A stretch of 64,000 nucleotides of DNA from Octopus vulgaris (taxonomy: Eukaryota). A program made the translations under genes and the position numbers. The stretch is taken from positions 54,312,001 through 54,376,000 of the forward strand of contig OX597814.1 of the NCBI GenBank assembly GCA_951406725.2, read 5' to 3'. This document shows, in pieces, positions 12,950 to 25,577 of the stretch. The notes below the pieces were generated by a model. It searched no databases. It was not told the origin of the DNA and saw nothing but the letters and a program-made list of their open reading frames with translations. How positions within the stretch are numbered: the stretch's first letter is position 1; each line of letters opens with the position of its first letter.

Positions 12950-14950
12950 TCTGTAGAGCTATAACCGGGAACCGATTATAGAAAACATTTCACTTTAATT
13001 TACTCTGCTACGGCTGTTTGGAAAAGCAAACCCGTTACGTCTTATTTACTTTCATAAAGAAAAGAAGCACCCCTCTGAGACTTCGTGCTTTTGTGTATGG
13101 ATAAAAAAAGCGCACGTTCCTTTCGTCAATTGTTTCTCAAGGTGGGACATTACAATATTTTGGTGGAGAGATAGTGTGGGTTACTTCAGAATAACAAGTA
13201 AGTAAAATAACAAGTGAATAAAACTGACAATTATTTTTTAAATTAAACTTGTTTTGAACATATATAACTTCATGGTGGGATGCAGGTTTTTTGTCTTTTA
13301 GTGGGGTAAGTGGAACGAGGGGACAAAAAATATGAAGACACACAGTTACTTGTAATAACGAGTCGTTTCACACTCAGGTAAAGGAAAAAGTTTGTGTAAA
13401 TAAATTTAACAAGAATGAAATGCAAGAAATAATTTCTGAAATCCTTTCTTCATTGACAGCTTAAAGGTAAATACAAATTTTAGAACTTGAAAAAATTTCA
13501 CTTTATCAAATGTCCCAGATGTTTTGGGAGTAAGTATTACGTGCACGACACTCTTACAGCATCACTAAACACTGTTGAGTGGGTGGGTAGCTTCAGTGGG
13601 TGACGTATCATCATGATTGAAAATCTACAATTAATTTGGTGTAATAAAAATAGAATGACACGAAAGTTCCAAACAAGAAAAAAAATATATGAAAATTATT
13701 TGGACCTTACCGAATCTTCACAGTCTGTTAAACTTGCATCTTCCTTAATTTTCCCGCGTTTTCCTTTAGTTTGACGATCCATGAGGGTGAAATTAAAGTA
13801 TTTGCTGCCGAAGAAAAGTGACAGTTTGAGAGTGCGAAAGCTGTCGCTTCTTGAAAAGTCTCTTCAAATTACTCAGTTATTTTAAGAAAGCTAAATGTGT
13901 TATTTATAAACTAGAAATTATTTCAAATTGATAAGATTGTCTGGTCATGTTTTAACGAAAATTGTTTCTTTGAAGAAGTATACAGTATTTCGATACGAAC
14001 TCATGAATAACTTTCATTGTTTATGTGTACGAGTGTGTACACAACTTCACTCAATTTTATAAAACTGTACAACTTAAAACAATTAACTTTCATGCAACTT
14101 TCTTAATTTGCCAATGTTCCAAATTTTCCCGTGATTGTTATTGTCGCTGTTTGTTGAAGTTATAAAAAGAACATATTCAAATAAGCGAAAAGTTTAGTAG
14201 AGAGCAACTTTGCTATCAAGATTTAACTATCAAATAATAAATACCGTTAGTTACACGAGAAAGAAATGATCGAAAACTCATGTCTCGTCTTTTAGTGACA
14301 TTCTTTATTCAGAGATTTCTGTTGGAACTCTGTTCGGAGTTTCACTTATCATAGAATGTTTCTTTCTACAAGAAATTTTTTGTGGTACTTTTTTGTGCGT
14401 GCGTGAGTGTTTTACTATTTTTATGCATACATTTATGTTTATATTTTCTTTCGTTTTTAATATCTATATTCCTGTCAAATTTTCCTTTCTCTCGGGTAAT
14501 ATATAAATATAACCTTAAAAAAACTCTTACAGTTTGAATATAAAAGGAAGGAGGAACTCGGTGATTTAGGAGAGAAAATAAGAAATTATGTTCCTTTTCT
14601 TCTTTTTGAAAAGAAAGAAAGAAAGAAAAACTTGTTGATGGTATGTACTCTAGTTTAGTTCGGAATAGAAATTGTTATATGATATAAGTTGGTATCGCCC
14701 TGATTGTAACTACTCGAACTAGCGAAAAAGAGAAGAAACGATAGCTTCTGTTCAAACCAAGCACTTCCTAATAACCTACTCTAAATTGGGAACTGAGAGA
14801 CTAAATAGAAAAGTTTTAAAACAGTACTTTTACTTTTTGATTTCTTTTTTGGCGTGGGTTTTTGAGGGGGCGCTATACTAAAGCAAACAGCAGCAGCAGC
14901 AGCGAGTGTACGATTTCCCAGCAGCAGGCAGGCAATGCAAGGCCAGGTTG
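12950..14950. promoter_or_regulatory. Putative unmethylated promoter / 5' region
   Basis: About 2 kb without recognisable repeats, CpG retained, surrounds the candidate first exon; TGACGT and ACGTG motifs at ~13540-13605. Confidence 0.4.
13711..13782 (-). CDS. Candidate first coding exon of an unidentified host gene (MDRQTKGKRGKIKEDASLTDCEDS, phase-0 intron follows)
   Basis: ATG, 24 open codons, then G|GTAAGG donor; lies in non-repetitive DNA beside the CpG-rich/CpG-poor boundary; no homolog recognised. Confidence 0.55.
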
Positions 14951-15304
14951 GCTAACTAAGCTAAGAGAGGATGAGGCAACGTGATCTGGTAGTTTTTGAC
15001 GGAATCAGCTGGGTTGGGAATCCATTTACTGAGAATACGGTGGTAAAGAAAGTGAGGGAAGAAGAAAGAAGACTGATGACGAAAACAGGAAGAAAATAAT
15101 AATAATATGTAACTATTAATGAATGAATCGTTTATCTGCAACACTATTCCGTTACGGAAAGGTTTACTGAGAGGAGGGTGGAAAGAAGACTAAGTTTTGT
15201 TTCTCTTTTGCGAAAATAGATTCGAGCAGAAGATTGTGCGCACACACAGACACATGTGCACATAACTTACACAGTATATAAATAGATACATTATTATACT
15301 TATA

Positions 15305-15356
<52 letters not shown>

Positions 15357-16039
15357 TCAGCATGGCCGCAGCTCTGAGCTGAAACAAGAAAAACGGGAAA
15401 AAAAAAAAATATATATGTATACCTTCATATTCCTGTCTTGGTTACAGTCATTGAACTGCGACCGTGCTAGGGCAATTCCAACAACATGTTTAGTTGATTA
15501 TATCAGCCCCATTACTTACTTCAGTCTGGTATTTATTTAATCGCACACTATTGCCGAACCGCTAAGTTACGGGACACACAGTGGCAGGACAGCATAAAAT
15601 GCACTGGCTTTTAGATCGGTGTATAAACATAAACACCAACTTGCGAGCGCACATATATACATACTCACATATGTATGTATGTATATATGTATGCATCTAT
15701 ACTTGCAAAAAAATGTGTTGAAAGTGCTACAGGTAACATGTAACCGTGTACAATCTGTTACATAGTCAGGTCATCGACGACTAAACCGGCGCCCTACTAG
15801 GATAGCCTGCTGAGGGGGATTGTTAGAAAAATGGTAGCATAAAATAAGTGTTGTCAAAAGTACGGATGAACTCAGCATAGGGTCAACGGCTATCTAGTAA
15901 TGGTGCCGGGCGCATAGAAATACTCGAGATGGCGAACGTACGCTAACCGTGGTGAAGCCAGAATTTTTTCTTGTATTTTTTTACCTACAACCATTGTTAT
16001 GATTCATTGGTCTGAGCCAAGTAAAACCGTTCTGTTGTT

Positions 16040-16340
16040 CTGTCACTTCGTCGGTTACGACGACGAAGGTTCCAGTTGATCCGATCAACGGAACGGCCTG
16101 CTCTTGAGATTGACGTACTAATGGCTGGTATTTCACTGATACGCGTCCCCTTGACATAATTCTCAGGGAGAATCAGCGTGACACAGAATGTGACAAGGTT
16201 AGGCCTTTGAATTACAGGTACTACTCATTTTTGCCAGCTGAGTGGACTGGAGCAACGTGAAAGAAAGTGTCAGGCTCAAGGACACTTCACGCCGCCAGGA
16301 ATCGAACACACGAGCTTACGATCGTGAGCCGAATACCTTA
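16040..16340 (-). mobile_element. SINE family B
   Basis: Reverse complement of 30136-30452. Confidence 0.9.
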
Positions 16341-16789
16341 TATCTTCCTTTAACTGCGAGTATCTTAGTAATTTAGCAGTTCAGCAGTTCTTAGAGCTTA
16401 TCCATGAACATATACTGCTTTGAAGCCCACTGATGTTGAGCATACTCATAATTGGGTTACGGAAAACGTGCGCAGCACGTTTTGAGCGATGATACCATTG
16501 TAGGTACTTCGTGCATGAGTTGAACTCCTTATCCTATTCGCCGGTGCATATGCCGTCGAACAACACAACTCGACGTGCGTTAGTGTATTGTTTTATACGT
16601 TAGCTGCTCGCACAATGTGATGGACGTCTGTTGCTGCAGCATCTCGCTTGCTCCTTACGGTCGCGTATCCATTTCACGAAATTTCGCTAATTCGCAGCTT
16701 TTCTCTGTGTGTGCGCACAATCTTCTGCTCGAATCTATTTTCGCAAAATAGAGGCACAATGAAATTACATCTCTACTTTTTCAGTGTCC

Positions 16790-17800
16790 ATTGTTGACCA
16801 CTGTCCACAGCTAATGTATAACTTTGGCAAACTTTCGTGTTGGTAGAAAGATGATGTTTTTCCTCTCGCCTCTAAATATGAGACACTTTGAGGTATAGAC
16901 TCAACTTATCAGCGGGTGCATCATTTGAGAAAACCAGCTAAATTTGCCTGAAATCACCAAGAGGCAAAACTATGAGACCACTCACGATGTTAGTGCTACC
17001 TAACCTGAAATACAGCTCCGTGAGACATTGTACACTCATCTCATACTGTAAAATTGAGCTGCTTCAGAACCTTTGCTGTCTTGACCCTTTGTCAATGTCG
17101 CATATAGAGCTTTTTATTGTGTGAAAGATTGAATAGCATATAAGCAAAATGAACAGTTCCGCCACCTATGAGCAAAGATATACCAATTCCAGAGGAAGAT
17201 ACTGCAATAGCAATTTACCTGAGAGAACAAACATTTTGCCAACATTAGGTTGATCAAAAAAGATTTGTCTGTTCCAGGGGAAACATCAAGGAAAACAATT
17301 CCTTTCGAGTCAAGCGTCACCGATCGTTTGATCCTTGTAGGAGATTTTTTTTCTGGAAGCAAGAGTGATTCGTTTCTGTGGACATACAGCACCGATTGTT
17401 GAATGTTATAGTTAGTTGCCTGAAAATTGTTTTGACAGTGAGTTGCAGCTGAGGTTCGTATTGAAGCTAGCAGTCCACGCTGTTCAACTGTTCAAGATTC
17501 TTGCTCACGATGAGCCATACAATATTTTCAATGTGGATCACTGCTTGAATGTGCATGGCAGAGGTAAACTCTAGATGTTCTAGCTGTGTTTTGTTCTTTT
17601 TTGTGCTTGTTGGGCTTCATATAGTATGTCTTCTGTCATGCTAGTAATTACACCAAAGTTGCTGAGGATTGGATGGTGAATAGGCAGAGAAAAATGATAG
17701 CAAAATGCCTCTTTCACACTACTGTTCATGTCTGCATCATCCATCCATGTTTCAAGAAGCATCTTCTCTAGCAGGCTTTGCAGCATATTGCATAGATATA
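16790..17800 (-). mobile_element. Helitron Pif1-helicase remnant
   Basis: KGIVFLDVSPGTDKSFLINLMLAK (decayed Walker A), SSSGIGISLLIGGGTVH, VLPLGDFRQI. Confidence 0.8.
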
Positions 17801-18842
17801 TGACACAACTGCTTTGAGAGGTCTTGGAATGAGGTTAGACCATGAATAATGCGCAATAGCTGCCTAAGATATTTAAACAGGTTGTTAAAACCCCTCATTT
17901 AAAAATCATATCTATGAAATTTAGTGTCAGTTTTAAGTACAATAGAAATTACAAATTTTCGTTCATGTTTCGGATTTAAATTGGTATATATTGATTTTAA
18001 ACCACATTGACAAAAATAACTATTGTTTTATATTTTTACATTCTTAAGGTACATTCTCAGGTAAAAGTCACACACAGCATTCTGATTTATACTATTATAC
18101 TGGCGTTAGTCAAAAATTTCTCAGTCTCAAGCAGTCGTCTTATAAACAAATACAAGGTTGCCTCGATGTCTCCGTGACAGGATAGTCATCCAACACAGTT
18201 TCGATCGATAACCAAATCTAGGGGAGCGTTTGTTTGTTGACATCATCCGCAGACGGTTTAAGAAATTAAACCCATTAAATTTCTACTGGACTATTTATTA
18301 TTGCTGCCGGGAGCTAGTAAAGGGAACTATTTTTTTTCCAGAGAAGTATGATTGGTACGTTCAAAAATAGTAATATAATACTAACTTGAAAAAGAAGAGT
18401 TAAAGGAATGTATTTGCTGCGTGCTTACAGCGTACGACCACTCTGAATAAAGACATAATAATAATAATAATAATTGTGTACAGTGCTCAGGTGCACTACA
18501 ACTCATCTAAAGTGTTGGATCTTTAGCAGTTCGCAGTGAAAATATGTCGCGTTCGAAATATAATGGATGGATAAATAAGCATCCTTAAAGTGAAACAACG
18601 CATTGGTAGGTAAACAAAGGTCTCAAGAAATAGAAGAGAGGGAAGGGACCATCGCCTTTTAAGTAACTCAGAATAGGTAAAGTTAAGTTTGCCAAAGTTT
18701 AATGCAGTTAAAATATAGAGATTAAGATTATTTGGATGTTCATCACGTACAATGTTCGTAGTCAATTAAATCACCATCGAAGGTGGACAATCGAAATAAA
18801 TAGACAAAATCCTTTCACTTTTATAATATTCTCCAACCAAGT

Positions 18843-19420
18843 AATAATACACAATTACAATATATAAATAAATAATAAATTTAAAAAATGTGAAAAGCAC
18901 TAAAAAATATTCTCTAATGCCAATATACGACCTTAGAGATTAAAAAAGTATGGAAGACCCTACATAGAAAAACTATGTACATACAAGGAATCAGAGAAAA
19001 ACCCGTGTAAACCACCGTTTTCCCCGGTTTGTCCATTTACGCGGGAGCTCTGAGCAAAATGTTATAGTACATGACCATCCTTGAGACATCAGTAATGTGT
19101 GTGTAAAGTTTGGTAAAAATCGGCTGAGAATTGTGGAAATGTAGGCGTTAGTCAATATACACACACATATACTGTGATTTATATATATACGAGATAAGTA
19201 ATGTGTGTGTAGTAAAGTTTGGTGAAAATCTATTGAGAATTCTGGAAATATATGTGTTAGTTAATAATACACAATTACAATATATAAATAAATAATAAAT
19301 TTAAAAAATGTGAACAACTGCACTAAAAAATATTCTGCACCTAGATGCCAATATACGACCTTAGAGATTAAAAAAGTATGGAAGACCCTACATCAGAAAA
19401 ACTATGTACATACAAAAAGA
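18843..19420 (+). repeat. Local direct duplications inside a probable non-autonomous Helitron-like repeat
   Basis: ~150-bp block TAATACACAATTACAATAT...ACTATGTACATACA at ~18846 and ~19266; ~70-bp block AGTAATGTGTGTGT...GTTAGT at ~19091 and ~19197. Confidence 0.75.
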
Positions 19421-20049
19421 GAAAAAAAAATTTTTTAATTAACAATGGTGACAAATTTATTGCCAGTTAATCGTTAACCAAAATTCTTGCTGAGTCACCT
19501 TCTTAAATTTGTTCCCATCAACTTTCTCAGAAGTCGTGTGGGATTAATCCATCGCTCTTTATACTCGTATTAACTCATTTGTTAATTCCACTTTTGTTTT
19601 TCTTCATTGCAGAAATCCCGGAGCTTTCCAATGTTTCTATATCTTATCTTTGATGTGTCAATTTTTGTATGACTTTTGGGGATGAAAGCCCCAACGTTCT
19701 CCTCATTGTGTGTTCTATATTTACCGGACACCAAACCCAAACTGTGTACACTAAAACGGTTTTATTGTCAACATATCAAATGTGCAGAGTGCAACATGCA
19801 AATACATTCTGGTTACAAAGAAAAAACCGGTTAGACTGGTTCTTACGTCGGTACCCGAAAAATCGCAACCGACACTGAGTACTTTTTCTTTTATTTTTAT
19901 CATTGAGTAATAATGATAAAATTAATATATCCGTGACTTTCACAGCTTCCTTGTTTACAGTCACAATAAAGATATTATTTAAAACGAAAAAAAAAAAAAA
20001 AACCCTCTCGAGTCTGAATTTTCCAAACCTGAAAATATCTCAAGTGACG

Positions 20050-20765
20050 AAAGATGTGGATGAAAGGAATGTGCCTCATGAATAAATGTTGGTTCCGCAT
20101 ATTTCATAGGACAACATCGTTTGAAACCAGGCCGAATCAGTTAACTTTAATAATATGAATCAAAGAAATTTGGTAAGGGTCTTGTTTGGGAAATTTCAAG
20201 TGTGATGGTTTTAATTATCCTTGACTTATGATATTCACGAATGGCATTCACAAACGGCAAAGTTCATGTAACCTTTGTAAAAGCATACACAGTAACATTT
20301 TTACTTTTGAAAACAAGGGGAAAAAAACAAACCGGCCCACAAAGTATTTAGTGAAGTGGACAGATAATCGAGCAACGTAGAATACAAATAGTGGGTGCTA
20401 GGTTATCTATATACTGCAAATAAGTAGCGAGTAGAGAGTTTTTGAGAATACTTGAAAATCATTGTTGAAATTCTGATGTTCTTTGCCTTTAAAAAAGCCC
20501 GGATCAACGAGGCCATGTAGAGGAGCATGGTAACTCAGGCGGAGTTTCCGCTATTAATATAGAACTCCTTGGAACTTTTATAATACCGGCCGAATGATAT
20601 TTCTTGGTTAGGTGAAAAACTGAAAAGTCACAAATGTAGTTGACTTCAACTTATTGTCCAAAACGAAATACTTGATATCATGGTTGAAGTTGTTTTAGGC
20701 AACATATTAAATGATGAGAAAAATTGTTCAGGATATTCCGTTATTGCCGATGAAACGTCAGGCCT
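20050..20765 (+). mobile_element. hAT transposase remnant (ZMYM1/DUF4371-like)
   Basis: VQNEILDIMVEVVLGNILNDEKNCSGYSVIADETS matches the IQNE...FSIIADET pattern around the first catalytic Asp; truncated by a (GT)n tract. Confidence 0.75.
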
Positions 20766-20809
20766 TAAACATTGCATATTGTGTGACTTATTTTATTAGA
20801 AATTGGATA

Positions 20810-20852
<43 letters not shown>

Positions 20853-21025
20853 AGAATATTGGATTAATCATTCCCGAGAATTCAAGTTTATTTGTAATCT
20901 TGAGATAAATATTTCAAAGAAATAACAGTAAAGAGTAAAAGAATATTTACACAAGGCTAAGTGGGTAAATTAGCATTAATATATTGTGCTATTTAGTTTC
21001 GTAGTTATAGGCTAACTTGCATAAA

Positions 21026-21076
<51 letters not shown>

Positions 21077-21116
21077 TTGTGTGTGTGTTTGTGCATTTGA
21101 AGAGAAGGAGAGATTA

Positions 21117-21629
21117 ACGTAAATCTTCAAGTATAGTCCGCCCTTGAATATAATACGCAGGGGATTTTTAGGGGCCTGTACCTCTGAAAAACCTAAACCT
21201 CGTGTATAATACGCACCCCTTCTATAAGTTGAGTCAAGGAGGTCTATATAACGTTCTTGGTTTGTAAAAATGTATACGGTAATGTCCTTTATTATTACTG
21301 TATATATATAACATAATGCAAACGGGTAGCTTTTTTGCGCATTTTGTTTGCAGAAAATAATGAAGTAACAGTAATAACGCTTAATAAATGTTGCTAACTG
21401 CAAGTTATGGATGATTCTTTTATGACTTCATTGCTTTCAGGCTTAGCTTAAAGTATTTTCACGCCCGACATCACAAAATGCGTCTGAATAAACATTGCCG
21501 GACAGCAAATAGAGACTCGGTATTGCCTAGAAAATATTTTTCATATTTAACCTCGTATATAGTACGCACTAGGGATTTTGACCTTTAAATTTTGGGAAAA
21601 AAATGAGGATTATACTCGAGGATTTACGG
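21117..21629. mobile_element. Tc1/mariner-superfamily (Tc2/pogo-like) MITE
   Basis: TA flanks; termini ACGTAAATCTTCAAGTATAGTCC / GGATTATACTCGAGGATTTACGG are inverted repeats. Confidence 0.85.
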
Positions 21630-21679
21630 TATGTACGTACATAAGCAGATGGGTGGTTAGTAACATACACAAGCATACT

Positions 21680-22150
21680 GGCATATAGGCGTGAACCATA
21701 TGCTCACGTTGTCATCCCAGTTTGATCCTACCTGACTGAACTTCCTCCTCTCTTCGACCCTCATCTTTCCTATCTCTTTCTCGAACCATTGGTACATTTT
21801 CGTAAGCAATTTACCATCAATCCACCCGAATTACCACTGGAACTTTACGTTTCTCGAACTCTACCATTATAGATTTTACTGTACACTATTGTTAATTTGT
21901 ATCATACAAATCTACCACGACTTCTCGAATTTTTTGAACTTTTTGAATTTTTGACACGTTTATTTCTCCTGTTTTTCTTTTCTCTCTCCGTTTTCTTCTC
22001 CCATTCATTTCTATTGAAGAGCACAGGCTCGAAACGTCAAAGAATTTTCCATTTCTCCTGAGCGTCAAACTAATACACCTTATTTGTCGTTCATTCACCT
22101 GTCTCTGTCATCTGCTTTTGTTGTTTTTTTTTGTACATTAAACCGTATAA
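21680..22150 (+). mobile_element. Penelope-like pLTR-derived repeat
   Basis: GAAGAGC-ACAG-GCTCGAAACGTC hammerhead-like motif; related sequence in reverse at 35860-35990 and the same ACACCTGTC...TTGTTTT tail at 35660-35720. Confidence 0.55.
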
Positions 22151-22237
22151 ATACACACACACATACCTATGCACACAGACACAGACAGACAGACAAACAC
22201 ACACACACACACGCGCACTCACGAACACACACTCACT

Positions 22238-22293
<56 letters not shown>

Positions 22294-23312
22294 GGAGGTG
22301 TTTAGCTGAAGATTCGAAACTGAATCCTCACACTTGTTGCTTGTCAGACGAATATCTGATCCATTGTATTTTATCTCTTTGTTGGGAGATTAATGAGAAA
22401 CACCTGACCTCCGAGGATCTTAGTTGGTCATGGAAAGATCAGTCCATTGTTTTAAGCTTGACCTATTTCCTGGCCATACCTTACATAACTGAGAGCACCT
22501 CTCTCTCTTCCTCTTCGGTTTTGAACCGGCTTAGTGAGAGCATATTTCTCTCTTCGTTTCAACCATCAACCGAAAACACAGCATCGACTGAATTAAAAGG
22601 GACAACGCAATTCTTGCCCTATTTTCCTTGGTTTCCATACACACGACTAGCAAGCGACCAATACACATTGTACCATTGTCACTTTAAAATAATTACTAAT
22701 GCCTGTGTTGCTAACCATTGCCGGCAAATAAATCTGTGAAAATTATTATTTTCTCTTCCATGTTGTTATTACGTACGCCTTTTCATCCCTCTTTCAACTA
22801 TCTACATATAGCGATCAACTATCTACATATAACAAAGGAACAATAAATCGTTATTTCTACGTCAAATAACTCTTCATCTTTACGATCGATTGGTAACTCC
22901 GACGTGAGAACCTTACATTCGTACATTACATATGGTAACCCTGTCCATTACATTTGGTAACCCCGATGTAGATACATATCGGACCGTTACATTTGGTGAC
23001 TACTCACATTGGTCTGTTACATACATTCGCTGCATAAATCGCTGCATATGAATATGCAACAATATGCAGTTGGTGCGATCGAAACACGTGTCGGACTGTT
23101 ATTATGAATAACTGGAAATAAACATATCAAGTTTGAATGTTCAAATTCTTCATTCTCCTTACCATCAATATTGTACTTCACAAGAAATAAACTGAAACAT
23201 CGGATGGGCGCTAAAAGAAGATTAACAAAAACGCACTATCACAAGGAACCAGCTTTGACTTTTTACTCAGAGAAATTCGGTATCTGCCTGGATATTATAT
23301 CCCTCCTCTTAA

Positions 23313-23590
23313 TCTGATCAATAAGTATCCGGACTGTTGCCATAGCAATGAAGCTAAAGCACGTAGAGTAAAGCCGCTGGGCACATATTGATCTTGAACC
23401 CTGATGTGCATGCGCATTAATTTTTAACATTCTAGCTCACTTACGCTGTGCTTGAAAGGAAGGTATGTGACGTGTGATGGTCGCATTGACCATGACAGAG
23501 AAAGTTAAGCAGAGAATTTGCATCAAATTTTGTTAAAAGCTTAGCGATACCTGCTCAGAGGCTTACCCAACGTTTTCAAAAAGTTTTCTT
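23313..23590 (+). mobile_element. mariner 5' fragment
   Basis: TIR-like TGATCAATAAGTATCCGGACT, then MTEKVKQRICIKFC*KLSDTCSEAY (mariner N-terminal HTH). Confidence 0.8.
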
Positions 23591-23599
23591 CGTTCACGA

Positions 23600-23840
23600 T
23601 ACGATCAAGGAGATCTTGTGCTACTGAAACCCGTCGCAGGTGAGCTGCAAGATGCAGGAGGAAAGAGTGAGAGAAAGTTGTGGCGAAAGAGTCAGTAGAA
23701 GTTCGCAATTACCTTCTGCCAGAGACACGTGGAGTTTAGGTGTTTCGCTCATAAACACACACACATCACCCGGTCTGAGATTCGAACCCGCGATCCCTCG
23801 ACCGCGAGTCCGCTGCTCTAAACACTAGGCCTTGTGCCTC
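23600..23840 (-). mobile_element. SINE with family B-type tRNA head
   Basis: Minus strand GGCACAAGGCCTAGTGTTTAGAGCAGCGGACTCGCGGTCGAGGGATCGCGGGTTCGAATCTC carries A and B boxes. Confidence 0.8.
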
Positions 23841-23891
23841 CACCCCACTGATGTCACGTATCTTCTTTCCAGAACGTATGTATGTACATAC

Positions 23892-24151
<260 letters not shown>

Positions 24152-24556
24152 CTAAGAGAAATTATGGAAGGAACACATCTAGGCAATCAATACAAATTTA
24201 TGCATTTAATGTAGCCCTGAAACGGCCGTAGATGATATCCTTTAACCTTGAGTTTGTATATTTATCTTATGTAATAATATTTACCAAATTTATTCACCTC
24301 TGCATTTTTAACTTTTGAGCTCTCATCCGATAACTCATATAAACATCAAATTCTTAATCGATTGAAACATTTCCTTTTTGAAGCCCTTACCTTGGATTTC
24401 TATCTCTATATTTGTCACTTCTCCATTTGGTATGTGAATCCAATGTCTATGATGCATAGTTTTCACGTATAACTTTCATATGCAATTTTATTAATTTATT
24501 TATATAAATTTATATGTATATTTATTTCGTTGTGTGCTTTAAATTATGCTTTAGAG

Positions 24557-24757
24557 CAGTGGTTTTCAACCAGGGTTCCGCCAGTACAGTCTAGGGGTCC
24601 CGCAAGAAGTTACAAAACTGCTAAAATCGGCAGTAAATTTTAAGTCTCCTGTGCAGATATGTGTGCATAAGACTATTAAATTATTGCACAGGGGTTCCTC
24701 GAGCCAGTGGAATGTTTCCTTGGGGTTCCGCTCCAGCAAAACGTTTGAAAAGCACTG
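24557..24757. mobile_element. hAT (Charlie-type) MITE
   Basis: CAGTGGTTTTCAA / TTGAAAAGCACTG TIRs; perfect 8-bp TSD CTTTAGAG at 24549-24556 and 24758-24765. Confidence 0.93.
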
Positions 24758-24894
24758 CTTTAGAGTTTGTACTGATTGCTTAGATGTGTTCCTTCTATAA
24801 TTTCTCTTGTCCTTCGATTTGGCCCGCAATGAGCACTTCTTAATACAGCCCATATATTGTGAAGTATACTTAAAAATATACTTTATAAGAAAAT

Positions 24895-24960
<66 letters not shown>

Positions 24961-25577
24961 GCATATATAGACATACACACACACATATATTTGTGTATGT
25001 TCTGTGTGTATATATGTATATATATTCATACGGATTACATACACTATGCACACACAACTTCATGTATGTGCGAGTGCGTGAGCTTGAGTTTGGATGAATA
25101 AATAACCAGCCAAGTCCTAGGTTAGATTCTCCCTCTCTCCTTCTCTCAGTCTTTGCCTCTCTGTCTGTCTCTCTCTCTTTCTGTCTCAAAGTGCCGAGAG
25201 CTGCGGGTCTCATTTATAGCGTGTCTCTTAACAGAAATTAAAGAGCTTGAAAAAAAGGATCTCGAAACCTCTTCTCATAGAAGCTGATATACTACTGGAG
25301 TTGTCTATACTGATTGATGCGCAGTACAGTATGGAACAGAAGTAAAGAAATGATATGCAAATTGTGTGTGTATCCCCTTTTAGGCGTAACTAGGAATATA
25401 ATTATTCAACATGTCCCTTCCCTTTTGATGACGATAGGAAGCGATTTGAATTGAGATTGATTACCTTTTGCTGCAGGTCGAACTACCACAGAGAGGTCTA
25501 CATGTTGTGAAATGAGATATAGGTTTCGTGAAAAATTGCGTGGAGGATGTAATATATATCTTTGACTGTCATCCACA

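Noticed and set aside
19590-19700. Strong plus-strand acceptor TTTTGTTTTTCTTCATTGCAG at ~19612
   Set aside because: All three downstream frames stop within ~25 codons and no donor is evident; adjacent to hAT-derived DNA
23770-23840. tRNA-like sequence with A and B boxes (also at 30136 and 55557)
   Set aside because: Runs directly into SINE bodies, has no convincing acceptor stem and occurs in many diverged copies; SINE heads, not tRNA genes
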